Assembly: GCF_001194135.2 (NCBI RefSeq)
Contig: NC_068999.1
Span: forward strand, 39,119,877 to 39,171,285
DNA length: 51,409 nt
From: Octopus bimaculoides
Taxonomy: Eukaryota
Direction of reading: 5' to 3'
Shown here: in pieces, positions 12,388 through 25,530 of the stretch
How the letters are laid out: each line of letters begins with the position of its first letter
Position numbering within the stretch: the stretch's first letter is position 1
The notes under the pieces: generated by a model
Told to the model about the DNA's origin: nothing
Seen by the model: only the letters and a program-made list of their open reading frames with translations
The model's database searches: none
Program-made: the position numbers and the translations under genes

Positions 12388-13805
12388 TGGTTTAATGTGA
12401 AAATATTGTAAAAACGAGTGCTGATACTTTGGTTGATGGAGTAAAAGAATGCTCATTCTGAAAACCGGCAAAAGATAGGCCATATTTATTCATAGACAGA
12501 ATAATATAAAGAAACAGTTTTTATTTTATTAGTTACAAAACTAGAAAACTCTTGTATTATATTATAAACTGTAATAATATAAACAACAGAAGAGAGACTG
12601 TTGAATAAAATATAAATTAAGACGCACACAAAAACGAAATCTATTTTATACAAGATACATAGTTTAATAACGGAAACTCGATGTCTGTAAACAAAAGTAT
12701 ATCTTTTAAATGTATTCATATATTTGTAATGTACATTTCTTGAGGTTTTAATCATTGACTTTAACTAAATTGCTCATATATGTATGCATGTAGATACATA
12801 CATCCATATGTATGTATGTATGTATATATTAACATACATACATACATGCACACACACTCACACAAATATAGTTATGTGTGTGTGTGTATATATATATACG
12901 TATACATGAATACTTGCACATGGACAACCATCCACATACATTTAGTTTTGCGTGGTTTTCAACGTTTATATTATTTTCTCTCCAGTTCTTTTCTGAACAT
13001 ACACACATTACTCCATACGCGTATACTTTCTCGCACATGCACGAACATGCACACGTACGCACTATTAACTAGATGGTTCTATGGTAGGTTGCACAAAATC
13101 GTCCAGTAGCCATGTTGTCTAGTGGACAATTTAAAAATTTAATTTTCACTTCTAGCTACAATGCTAATAACATTCAGAATCGATTGCAATAGTTTATGCG
13201 TTTTCATCATTTCACACAAAATTGATCGAATTATCATTTTGTGTACATTATATAATTCCTTAAACTTAATTACAGTTTGAATACCTGGCTCAAATATATG
13301 CAAGCATGTTTTTGTTTAAACAATTCAATACTAAGATCGAATTTGGTTAAGAAAAAAATATCATGCATAAAAATTAAAGTAAGTTTAGAAATAGTTTCCA
13401 GCTGATTCGACTGCGTCGTTTTCGGGACCTTTGCGCCCGAAAGCTCAAAGTTCTATCTATTGACACTGTGCACTATTTGTGTATTTACGAGAGTATTGGT
13501 GGGAGGAAAATAGGCAATCATATTCGGATTTCTAGTTTTGTTCACTGTTCGTTTTTTTGTATACGCCTCAAACATTATTACCGAATCAGAAGAGGTGGAT
13601 AAATAATGACCTCATGAATTGCTGACCAATATAGCTTCTTACGATTAGCGCTTGGCCATTTCAACGTGAAGGCCTAAAATTAGATGTCTGAAGAGGAATG
13701 TAATCAGTTTGTTACGGGGTGTGCGCCAAATCCCTTCCTTTGGATACGAGTGCCATTGACTCTCAGGAAGATAATTCGCTTACGACAGTTTTTGTTTTAT
13801 TCCTC

Positions 13806-13841
13806 CTGATGACCCCACATAATCCCGGGGAAACTCGACTA
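13806..13841 (+). ncRNA. Degenerate minimal hammerhead ribozyme motif (Penelope-type)
   Basis: CTGATGA - CCC/GGG stem II - GAAAC TCGA CTA. Stem III is one substitution from the ACTCGAGT palindrome. Stem I cannot be recovered. Confidence 0.4.
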
Positions 13842-14149
13842 CATGTTTACCTCTAGCAGCTTGCCATGGATTTGGTCCTGATCTCATCAGGAACGTTGTC
13901 TCCCTTAATTTAAATATCAACCTCTAGGATTAGTCAATTTAGATTAAATTATTGCTTTACACAGAACATTATATAGTTGACATGAATTTTAGCAGCTTTC
14001 ATTCTTGAATCTACTCAATTCAGTTTCAAGCTATACAATTATATTTACTATGACTCAAAGCATTTATTCTCTTCCATAACATACTCTCATGCATCTGAGC
14101 CAGGTACCCATGTATTAATTAGAAACAGTTTGTTTGTAAATAGCAATAA

Positions 14150-14275
14150 CTACAATAAAGGTACGTTTAGATGACCACAGTACATACTAGAAATAGCAGC
14201 AAACTATCCTGCTAATAACACCATGATATCTTACATATTAGAAGAAGGCATTAGATAATGAAGCCTCAGATACTG
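14150..14275 (+). repeat. Fragment of an interspersed repeat (ctagaaatagcagc motif)
   Basis: Resembles an abundant cephalopod interspersed repeat segment as I recall it. Not independently verified in this window. Confidence 0.3.
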
Positions 14276-15989
14276 TCGACATTTGGTTTAAAGTCTCGCA
14301 CGAACGCAATTGACCGAGGTCCAAATCATCACAACTAAAATCCTGTTTTCCTGAGACTGGCTTCAGGTTTCAAACTTAGAACCGATTTAATTTATTCCCC
14401 ATTAATTCTGCCTTTCAGGAAAGTGTAAACGTTACGATTTTCAAACTTTAGAGCATGCTTCTCTTTTCCTTTTTAACTATATAAATACAAAATCGCATTT
14501 AATCTGTACAATTCTACAAAATATACATTTTTGTCAACGTATCAGTCAATAAAAGAATGTGAATTGGTTTGACTGGAATACTTTTAATGAAAGGCCTCTA
14601 CCATCAGCTTTTATTGGACAACACACCAACCAATAATGCCAATAAAAATTGCAAAAGAGCATAAGATACAAAGAAAAGGGGAAAACACGAAATATAAACT
14701 TATTTCCTAAAATTAAGATGTAAAAATTGTTATCTGTTATCAGAATTACAATAATGGTTCGGCATAATTGTGATGTCTATTGTTTAAAATCTTTTCAGGA
14801 ATTGATAGGTAAATAACTATAAATCAATACCGTTTTTTTTTTGGGGGGGGGGGTTCAAAATTTTGGAAGATTCGAAAAATTCGGTTTTAGTCTTTGATGG
14901 GTAATTGAATTGCAAGGCTTGCAAAATAAATCAGAAAAACTGCGAATAATTTTATTCTATTCCAACATTGAGTATCGTAATTAACATTGATTTGGCTTCC
15001 TATATTTGTATTCGATACGTGTTGCTTATCATTTGGTTTCATATTATTATTATTACTACCATTTTTATTTTTTCGTGTAGTTGTTTCAATCTCGAATGTA
15101 ATTGTTCTGTTGTAGCAACACAAACAATTTGGTTATGTTAGTCGTTCTACATTTATACCTATTTCTTAAAACTGAAGAACAAATCTCATAGATTACACAC
15201 ATATATATATATATACGTGTGTGTGTTTGTGTGTGTGTGTGTGTGTGTAAGAGATAGTAGACTGCCATAAACACTGATTTATGTACAGTTCAATTATTTT
15301 TACATCATACAGTATTTAATAAAGATCTTTCCGAGATAAACCAGCACAGTCATAAAGACTTGGTAACCATTTCAATAACAACTCGATTCTACTTGTTTTT
15401 GTCTCCCTCCACTCACTCCTCTTTCATATTTATTGTTTTTCTTTTCACAATACTTGTCAATGTCAAACATTTGATAGATGTGGGACTTCACCCCTGACAC
15501 TGATGCTAAGATAGAAGCGAGTTCGACAATGCTATACAGCTATCGTTCAGCGAAAGAATTATTAATAAGAATTATACTTTCTATGATATTAGAAATATTT
15601 ACTTGTCTTCAGAGAGATAAACTGTCGCTTATTATATTTTCTCCATAGCAAATATTTTAATAGGTCTGAACGATAGACATGTAGTGATCAAAATATCATA
15701 TAGTCAGAGGGAAATAAATGAATATATGTATGAATTACAAACTGATGACTACTGAGTCTAAATAATATCTTCTGGAGAATTTTCAGGAAGGGAGAAATTT
15801 CAGAAATAGATGATAATTTACTGTTGCAAAACAATGAGTAGCTTAAAGACAGTCATAATAATTATTTCGTTGTTCATCAACTCCAAGTCAGTCTTCATAA
15901 ATAGAAATATGATCAGCGGTATATTCCTGCCGTGATAAGTCATTCCTTCGCTTGATTTAACAGGTACAAGCACACACATTCACAGACAC

Positions 15990-16026
15990 ACGCACAGATA
16001 CACACATATGTATGTGTATATATATG

Positions 16027-16074
<48 letters not shown>

Positions 16075-16270
16075 ACCACATCCTAACATAGATAAGTGCG
16101 TACATGCATACACGTAACATAATACATATATATTTAGACATTTATACGTGTAAATATCCATATATATATATATATATATATATACAAACATTCGCACTCC
16201 CACACGCACACATATACACATATATACACCCGCACATTACATACCTACATTCGCACATATACAAACATAT
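15990..16270. repeat. TA/CA low-complexity tract
   Basis: Direct read of the sequence. Confidence 0.9.
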
Positions 16271-16584
16271 ACATATCCGTATAACATCTCTGTTCTGAAA
16301 ACACTGCATATTTCAGCGACATCTAACATTATTCAGCCCACTCCCTAATGAACCAAACAGCAACTCTTCACGATGCTGCCCTCTTTGGCCCTGCCCTCTC
16401 GCTTTCTACCTCTTTCTCCGAATATAGTCGTCAAGTATTTCCTCTTCAGTAAGACACCTGTTTCTTCTCTCTGGCGTAGTTTAACCACCTCATCACCTTG
16501 CAGAAATCCACTTCCCTAACTACCATTCCCCCTCTCAGTTGACTTGCTTGTTAGTTTGTGACCTCCCCGATGTTTGGTCTGTTT

Positions 16585-16730
16585 GAAAGCATCCAGTACA
16601 CTCTGGAAAATAGTTGGTATTCGGAAGAGCATTCAACCATAGGAACTATGCCAAAGATGGCTTGCCAACTCCTGTTAAATCATCCATCCCATGTAAGCAT
16701 AGAAAACGCACGTTAATTGATGATGTATAC
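16585..16730 (+). mobile_element. 3' tail of an RTE-type LINE or its partner SINE
   Basis: tacactctggaaaatagttggtattcggaagagcattcaaccataggaac...cccatgtaagcatagaaaacgcacgttaattgatgatg ends in a (GAT)n-type tail. Family assignment is from recollection. Confidence 0.5.
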
Positions 16731-16732
16731 AT

Positions 16733-16764
<32 letters not shown>

Positions 16765-17249
16765 GTGTGTGTGCATGTATACTCACACAGACACATATGT
16801 ATCTAAATACACAAACACATAAACACACACATATATATGTATATATTGCAGCTTATCGGCTCCTTCAACGACCTTCACTTCCTCCCCAGACACCGTAGTG
16901 TTTTTTTTTTTATATCACTCAAGAACAACCAAACCACTCTGTCTGCTCTCATTAATGTTTAATGAAATGTTAAGTAATATATTTCTTTAACGTATGTACT
17001 CGTACGCTAGAAGAGAAGAAATGTCAGACGTTGCTCTATAGCTATCAAGGAAAAGCCACTCTTAACGTCGCCAAATTAAAAGAGGATTTCTCCTTCAAAA
17101 CAGTTCTCTTGCTCGCTCAACCATTCACTAATAAATAACAAATGTTTTAATCACCATCAAGTTGTTTGCTCCCAAGGCCAAAACAAAATGGTAAACAAGC
17201 ACACATATACATAAACCCAAACGCGTATATACAACTCTCTCGTTATACT

Positions 17250-17760
<511 letters not shown>

Positions 17761-18356
17761 ACAAGTTGAACAGAGAAAGAAGTCGAATAAATATCGTCTT
17801 AATTTCTCTATATAGATTTTTCTTTTTCGCCATAAAAATAGATCTACGCGAAGATTTATTGTTATAGAACTATTTGACATGTTGCTACCTGCTTTGTTGA
17901 TGATGCGAGTGGGTCAGTGAGAACTATCACACACCCTTCGATACGTAGTCTCACCCGTACTTCAAATTATTACTTAAGATCTAAACGGAAACCTATCATT
18001 AGATAAACAGCTTTCCAAACTTGCCAATTAAGGTTTGAGAAGCGAATTGGAAATTAGAAGTGCTCTATAGTATAAGTAATTGGGAAAATGGGAATTGAAA
18101 ATTGCAAAGCGAAAACGAAAGAAAGAAAGAGTAAAGGAAAGAAATCAAAGAAAGAGATGAAAAAAAAAAGAGAAGAATTTGACTTCCGCAAGTTGAAGAA
18201 TGATGTAGCGTTAGAGTCTGCTGAAGGAAATGCAGTACAACAAAGACACGGACACCATAATTGTGCCGGGTTATCGAGAAGTATTCAATTAGCTGTAGTA
18301 TTATAATATACACCTGGAAAGTTCTGACCATATATTATCATTTAGCAGAAGAATAC

Positions 18357-18357
<1 letters not shown>

Positions 18358-18446
<89 letters not shown>

Positions 18447-18500
18447 GTGTATATATATATATATATAGACATATGTGTGTGCGTATGAGTAAAATATATG
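18358..18500. repeat. (TA)n microsatellite
   Basis: Direct read of the sequence. Confidence 0.95.
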
Positions 18501-19277
18501 TGTGTGTGTATTTGTACCAATGTATTTTTATTTGTTTCCACACGTACACTTGCATGTATGTAATATACATCCGATTGTGTGTCTAAGTGTGCGTGTAAAC
18601 TTCCATAAACACACACAGACATACAGAGACAGTAACACATGGACAGGCACGTATATGTAAATATAAATGTATGTGTGTGTGTATGTGCGTATGTGTGTGC
18701 ACAGATTGAAACCAAGAGGTAACAACATTCTATCGTTATTGTCTTTCTTAACTGTTTCCGTTACTTTTTCTTCTTTTTATATTTCTTTGCTTATTGTTTA
18801 CTGCATGTCGAAGTTGCTCCCACTATCCTGTACATTTAATGACCATATAATTCACATGTGGCGTAACTATATATTTTTTATCCTCTCCATCGGTAGAATC
18901 TGATAGATAAAGGAACAGCGAAGGTTGGACATGCTTGCAGACAGATATTCCAAACTGATTACTGTCATTTCTTTCGTTAATTCAACATATAAGATATGAG
19001 AAAACCTCTAATTTCTTTCAGAAGTTATGGCCACTGCTAACATCAAGCTGAGCTCTTAATTTCTAAACAATTGAATTAGAGGCTGGTTTTTAAACATTAA
19101 GTCAATAAACTTTGCGGCTGAACAAACAGGAACTTAGAGCAGCTGTAGATTGAAGCTGTAGTTTTACGCTTTGTATTTCTGCTGGAAATTAATCATTTAT
19201 TGTCTAGTTCGCAACATATCTGAGATCAGCTGGTCTCTTGTCTAATATCTTGTGTATGCTATACTTTCTAAGTGATA

Positions 19278-19400
19278 CTCTTTTACATGTTTCAGTCATT
19301 GGATTGCAGCCATACTGAAGCACCACCATCAGGGAGGGTTTATCGATCAAATGGACCCTTGTATGTGTTTTAATTATGTTTTAAGCATGGATTTGTTTTC
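19278..19400 (-). mobile_element. 3' half of a second SINE family with a CR1-like tail
   Basis: Reverse complement ggtggtgcttcagtatggctgcaatccaatgactgaaacatgtaaaagag resembles the CR1 3' end at 32499-32536. Confidence 0.65.
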
Positions 19401-19759
19401 GATATCTTTGTTGTCAATATTTCCGGTGTGGTTCTTCATTTGCTGAAAGTATTGACCCAGTATAAAGACACTTTAACCTCGTGATTATTCTATTCTTGCT
19501 GTGGTTTTTTGTTTTATATATTTTAATATTTCTTCTGTGGTACAAGACTGTTTTATGTAAAGTGACCTTCCAGAATTTAAGACACAAGTGATGTGAAAGA
19601 GATTCAGTTGCCATTTCTATTACAGAGAGATCATTCTGACACTCCCCAGTTGGATCAAGTTGGCATTCATTTCTGTTCTTGTTCCTTGTCTTTACCCACG
19701 GTTCACGCCGAGTCATTACATTTCACATCAAATGGATCCCAGTTGTTTGTCTCCTATTT

Positions 19760-20150
19760 GTTTGTAGTTTAGCCGGACAATATCCTATATAGCCTTCCAT
19801 CTATTCATGTCAATATTGTGATATTTGTTGGTGATTTGATGCTTTCAGACTGAGCGTACTTAAAAGCTCTTTTACTGGATGTCAAGTCCCGCTTGCTTAT
19901 TTCCTTGATGAAGACTTTTCTAATAGAAACAATTTAGGTTCTCACAAACGGATGTTTTCTTTATCACTAATTACTCTCTTGTTCAGTAAGCGGGATGGGA
20001 AAGTGATTTCACTTGTAAGTGGCCCAACCATCGCCCAAATGCTTTCTCGTTGGATCTAGAATCAATCTTTTTCATGCTAAAGTACAAGTCTTACATCCAT
20101 TAAGCAAGCTTTATAGTTTTGAAGAGTCTTTTAGTGGGTGACATGTAAAA
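19760..20150 (-). mobile_element. Decayed RTE-clade C-terminal relic
   Basis: Minus strand RLFKT..LLNGCKTCTL (LLYGCETWTL) and MNRWKAI (MxDRxxWR). Confidence 0.4.
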
Positions 20151-20159
20151 TTATCATTC

Positions 20160-20460
20160 CATCAAGGCCATTTTACTTTGAGTCCTGAGCTTCTCAGATA
20201 TTATTGGGATTTTGCTTTGTCTATTTCATCTCTGTTTAGTTTAACCCAATATTTGCCATATACGGGCTTTTCTTGCTATCGTTTTATCATGATACGTTGC
20301 TGTTCCAGTTTGGAGTTTAGTTGCTTTAAAACTTTTGCTTTTTCTTCTTTTTCATCATAGTTGTTAGATACTATGACCTCTTTTTTAGTATTTGTCAGCT
20401 TCCTTAAAGGCAGAAAACAGTTTTGTTTTTTTGTCGTGTTTTGTGGCTATTCGTATCAAT
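20160..20460 (-). mobile_element. R4/Dong-type RLE LINE internal relic (between RT and CCHC)
   Basis: LIRIATKHDKKTKLFSAFKEADKY...IMIKR*QEKPVYGKYWVKLNRDEIDKAKSQ*YLRSSGLK matches the RLE-clade WxxKxLHGxY...SxxWLxxxxLK motif. Confidence 0.75.
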
Positions 20461-20530
20461 TTTAAACCTTCTGTTAGTCCTTGTTTGTTCCCTCTCTGTT
20501 TAGACTCCTGTGGGCAATAAAGAAATAAAT
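20460..20530 (+). mobile_element. SINE 3' tail fragment
   Basis: gtccttgtttgttccctctctgtttagactcctgtgggcaataaagaaat, recognised as a variant SINE tail from recollection. Confidence 0.45.
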
Positions 20531-22799
20531 CATTATCATCATCATTGCGTTGGAAAGCTTTTCCCTCTTTCCTAATGCCGAGCACACAAGTGCTAAGCAA
20601 AATTGAAACAGTATTTTTTTGTTTGGATGAGGCTATACTCAGTGTTTTTCAATCAACACTGTGACGACAATGATAATGATGTTGTTGTTGTTGATGATGA
20701 TCAGAAAGGGCTGCAAATTTCCTATAGAAGTCATTGTCTACCTGGACATATTCATAACCGCATCAGATGAATTGTATATTCTGCATAAAACAATCCGTAA
20801 CTCCCAATGACCGGCCGCTCTCCGATTTTCGCTTGTTTTTGTTTCTTTCCAATTCCTCTCTTGAAAACTTTTGAATTATTCTGCATGAGTCCATCAATCA
20901 GAAATCAATTGAATGCATTACTGGTTCTGTTATATTTTTGTTTTCCAAACTTAAAATAATAACAATAATATTTACTTAGTTCCGTGTTCCTTCAGAGATA
21001 TTTATAGGAAAGATATATTATTGTAAGTAAGACATATTCCTGCAGATAAAACCCAAATATTCATTAATTCGATAGAAAAAATTCTTTCAGAATAATTTTC
21101 CGAGATTTTCCTATGTTTTTATTGGCAGTGAGCCAAACGAGCTGTCTGCTGTTTAGTATACAACTTCCTGCCAATAAAGAAAAATGGCGAAATGAAAAAG
21201 TCTCGAAGTAAAAAAAAAAAAAAAAGAAAAAACCTCCACTATTCAACGACATAGTGTTTATTTTGATGGACGCCATTCATTGAGTAGAGTACATCAAAAT
21301 AGCCCTGGTTTTGTTTTGTTCTGATCAGATCTATCGTCTCTTTCTATTTCTTGTTTCTGATTCGCTCTCTCCTGATATTACCAATCACCACCACCATCAC
21401 CACAATCATCATCACCACCACAAACAACTCGGAATATGTTAATCTCTTTTCTTGTATTGCAGTTATTGAACGGTGGGACAAACAATAAACGGTTTTGATT
21501 AAAATTAATTTTCTTTTGAAGAAATCTCAAATGATAAATTTTATCTTTTGAACAATTTTTTTTCTTTCATTAATCTGTTGAAAGATAAATCTGTTTTCGG
21601 CGCAATATCTAAGTTGCTAGTTTAGTTAATTTAGTTGAGGCTTCCGTATTACATATCTCCTTCAATGGTAGCTATGCATGGTCGTTTAATCTGCTAGAAA
21701 TTGCAGCTAAAGCCAAACTTAGATTGTTTTATAATTGCAGCTACAGCAAAACTTTCATTGGTTTATATAAAAAACCAATGATGAAGGATAACGTTGTACT
21801 AGAAATACCTGTTACTATACAAGGTGATCATGGTAGGAATAATTTCAATCAATCAATTAACCGTGACCTAGAGCTGATCAACAACAACAGTTATGCAATT
21901 CTGATGCATTAAATTATACGTAATGTTTATAAACGTGGCTGGTTCAATCATATTTAAACTGAATTTTGTAGTGATATAATAAGGTTGCAACAGAACTGTC
22001 TCCTGACAAGTAAAAAGACTACAATTCCTTTACAGAGAATAGAAGATAAATTACTCTCTATTCATGTGGAAAGGAATTCCTCGCACAAACTTGTCATTTA
22101 TAAGTTTATAGCTTCAAACAAAAACTTTCCTGACATAGATGTAGCAAATTTTGAATAAAGAAAAGTTTTCGGAATGCCATACAGAAGGATTATCGAATAT
22201 CTCGGCTTGTAAAATCATATTTAATATCTTAAAATCTGTATAATGGAGGCCGCGTCTATGGCTTGTCAAAATGATTTTGATGTATAGCCTAAAACATTAC
22301 CATTTTGCCGGAGGGTTAAATATGTTTCAAGCATATGTTACAAGCATTATGTTGCAAACATATGTTATAAACATTTTCTAATAAATATTAAGTATGATTC
22401 TACTCAAGAGAAATTCTTCATATTCTTGCTGTGTAGTAAGACAGTCTCTATATTACAACTTTCTTTGTGAGATAAAAGCTTTTAAAATAATGAATGAGAA
22501 TTTCCTAGAAAAATTGTATTTAAAAAAAAAATTTTCATGTGTATTTTCAGTTTTTGGACTTGATGTCCTAAAATTAAATTGATAAATCTAATTTGTTTTT
22601 ACAAACAGATATCAGTGAGGGAAAGGAAGTCTACACTAACAAATGTTTTTTTTTTTTTAAATTAATTAAAATTTGAAATGACGTAAGGATAAGAAAGAAC
22701 AAAGGTTTTCTTGTATATTTCTAAGCTTGAATTGTAAATGAAAGGTGATGCAGTGAATAAAACTGCATGGATAGCTTTTATTTGTTTCCCCTGCTGATT

Positions 22800-22945
22800 T
22801 GCACCCATGCTGGGGCACCTCTGTTGAGAGTTTTGCTCTAACAAATCAATCCCAGTTAATATTGATGTGTTTTGAAAGTCTGGGGCTTATTAAATCGGGA
22901 TCTTTTGTCATGCTGCTTCATAAAAGAGATGTAAACAAACGCATA
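22800..22945 (-). mobile_element. Decayed 3' half of the second SINE family
   Basis: The + strand gcacccatgctggggcacc...aacaaatcaatcccag parallels 19310-19360 and the CR1-like tail. Confidence 0.55.
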
Positions 22946-22966
22946 CTACAAATCAGTGTGGAGTAT

Positions 22967-23019
<53 letters not shown>

Positions 23020-23930
23020 NNNNNNNNNNNNNNNNNNNNNNNNNNNNNNNNNNNNNNNNNNNNNNNNNNNNNNNNNNNNNNNNNNNNNNNNNNNNNNNNN
23101 NNNNNNNNNNNNNNNNNNNNNNNNNNNNNNNNNNNNNNNNNNNNNNNNNNNNNNNNNNNNNNNNNNNNNNNNNNNNNNNNNNNNNNNNNNNNNNNNNNNN
23201 NNNNNNNNNNNNNNNNNNNNNNNNNNNNNNNNNNNNNNNNNNNNNNNNNNNNNNNNNNNNNNNNNNNNNNNNNNNNNNNNNNNNNNNNNNNNNNNNNNNN
23301 NNNNNNNNNNNNNNNNNNNNNNNNNNNNNNNNNNNNNNNNNNNNNNNNNNNNNNNNNNNNNNNNNNNNNNNNNNNNNNNNNNNNNNNNNNNNNNNNNNNN
23401 NNNNNNNNNNNNNNNNNNNNNNNNNNNNNNNNNNNNNNNNNNNNNNNNNNNNNNNNNNNNNNNNNNNNNNNNNNNNNNNNNNNNNNNNNNNNNNNNNNNN
23501 NNNNNNNNNNNNNNNNNNNNNNNNNNNNNNNNNNNNNNNNNNNNNNNNNNNNNNNNNNNNNNNNNNNNNNNNNNNNNNNNNNNNNNNNNNNNNNNNNNNN
23601 NNNNNNNNNNNNNNNNNNNNNNNNNNNNNNNNNNNNNNNNNNNNNNNNNNNNNNNNNNNNNNNNNNNNNNNNNNNNNNNNNNNNNNNNNNNNNNNNNNNN
23701 NNNNNNNNNNNNNNNNNNNNNNNNNNNNNNNNNNNNNNNNNNNNNNNNNNNNNNNNNNNNNNNNNNNNNNNNNNNNNNNNNNNNNNNNNNNNNNNNNNNN
23801 NNNNNNNNNNNNNNNNNNNNNNNNNNNNNNNNNNNNNNNNNNNNNNNNNNNNNNNNNNNNNNNNNNNNNNNNNNNNNNNNNNNNNNNNNNNNNNNNNNNN
23901 NNNNNNNNNNNNNNNNNNNNNNNNNNNNNA
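23020..23930. other. Assembly gap (911 N) preceded by (CA)n
   Basis: N-run. The other gaps are at 32313-32412, 41140-41421, 45558-45615 and 50046-50680. Confidence 1.
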
Positions 23931-23986
23931 ACATGGTGGTGCATCAGCATGGCCGCAGCAGTAAGCTGAAGCTTTAAAAAAAATAA

Positions 23987-23995
<9 letters not shown>
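23931..23995 (+). mobile_element. 3' terminus of a second CR1-type LINE copy emerging from the gap
   Basis: ggtggtgcatcagcatggccgcagcagtaagctgaagc plus an A-rich tail is nearly identical to the reverse complement of 32499-32536. Confidence 0.75.
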
Positions 23996-24029
<34 letters not shown>

Positions 24030-24033
<4 letters not shown>

Positions 24034-24200
24034 AGAATTCACTAAAAAAGACGAAGACAGGTGGTGTAGACAACAAACAGATGTATTAGTATAACGCTCG
24101 GGAAGTGAAAACGTATTTAAGGTTTGGAGTCTACGCTCATCCACACAAAGGAACAAGGAGAGAGAAAAAAGAATGTATAGTGGCTAGGGATCTATCATGG
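24030..24200 (-). mobile_element. Penelope-like pseudo-LTR fragment with a decayed hammerhead-like motif
   Basis: Minus strand gtgtggat-gagc gtag actc-caaac resembles a core-stem II-GAAAC arrangement with several substitutions. It is flanked by (TA)n on both sides. Confidence 0.4.
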
Positions 24201-25049
24201 CGAATATATATATATATATATATATATATAATCAATTGCTATATACAATGAGCTTTGGGCAGCTTCTACAGTTTCCTACTTGTTTTTCTCATGCGCAACC
24301 CTCCTGTGCACATGTGTGCTGTTTTGTCTGTCCATTTGTGTTTCTATTGATGTGTGTATTTGTACGTTTAATGACTTCATGCCAATTATATAACTATCTT
24401 GCTATATTTCATTACGTGCTTCAACGCCAACGCTGCCTGTTCACGTTTATCAGATACTACAAGTGATACTCCCCTACTTGATAATCCAATATATACTAGC
24501 TCTACCCGTGGATTTTCCATGTTTTATGCATGGTCTTATTTCGTTTTCCCTGCCAAAATTCACGCAGTTTCTTAGCATTGATTTGTTATGTTAAAAATTT
24601 CGATTTTCTACACTGGTTAAGGTTGTCTAATGCATAAAACGGAAACGTTCTAACATCATTTCATGCAGAATAACGTGATAACTCATTGATAGACACGGAT
24701 CAATATCGTCGCCTATAATCCAGAGCACCCAGAAATATATCGGTCTTTTGTTTTGCTTTCCTTGGCATTTATTTTCCCAAGATCAACAACATCGTAATTA
24801 TCATCATCGTCGACGTCATGGCCGTCTTTATCCTCCTCCTCCTCCTAATCGTCATCAGTAGCAGCAGCAGCAAAATAAAGATGTTTCTAGGAATTAAGAA
24901 TATCGGAACTTCGCATTTTATATTGTTTTTGCTTAGCGTTGCAATAGTTGTTGCGAGTTCTTTTAAATCAGTACCAGCAATACAGCCGGGTGAAGGGAGC
25001 AATAAAAATTAATCAAATTTCATTCTTCCCTTCCATGACATTTATTGGC

Positions 25050-25530
25050 CTTGTTATCAGCTACAAAGAAATTCCTTTTAATTAGCCATGTTGCCTCATC
25101 AGAGATTAGCTGTGTGAACGTATTAAGATCTTATTGCTGGAGTTATATTCGCTAATTCTCTGCAGGTGTTGGTATAATTGTAGTTTGACAGCATTCAGTG
25201 AAAGCAGGTTTTTATTATCTTTATTATCTTTTCTTCCTACAAGTATATACGGAGGAGTCTTTGTAATGCGATAGGTGTCAACCGTTTCAAGCAAGTAATA
25301 TATTCATCGAATTAATATAAATACTTTGAAGTCACCTTACTACTCGGAGATACAAATGCGCGGTTATGCACAAATGCAAGGTAACTAGATTACAATCCAT
25401 CTGTGCAAATTCCAAACGAGAATTAAATGTGTTTACAAAGTGTTAATTTCCTGCTTTGGGTGGTTAGATCAGTTTAATAAGCGATTATGGCGCGATAAAC
25501 AGCCAACAGTTCGGGAATATTACAATCCTT
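25050..25530 (+). mobile_element. LINE APE endonuclease relic (RTE-like)
   Basis: AGVGIIV at ~25162, LLLGDTNAR at ~25337 (GDxNAR) and LDQFNKRLWRD (LDYILxxxKWR-like), in the expected order. Confidence 0.45.

Noticed and set aside
13420-13446. 7-bp hairpin tttcggg/cccgaaa followed by GAAAGCTC
   Set aside because: No CUGANGA half-core upstream; an isolated hairpin of this size is expected by chance.
22799-24076. ORFs of 330-390 aa spanning N-runs (also at 32.1, 41.1, 45.4 and 50.0 kb)
   Set aside because: They stay open only because N codons are not stops.
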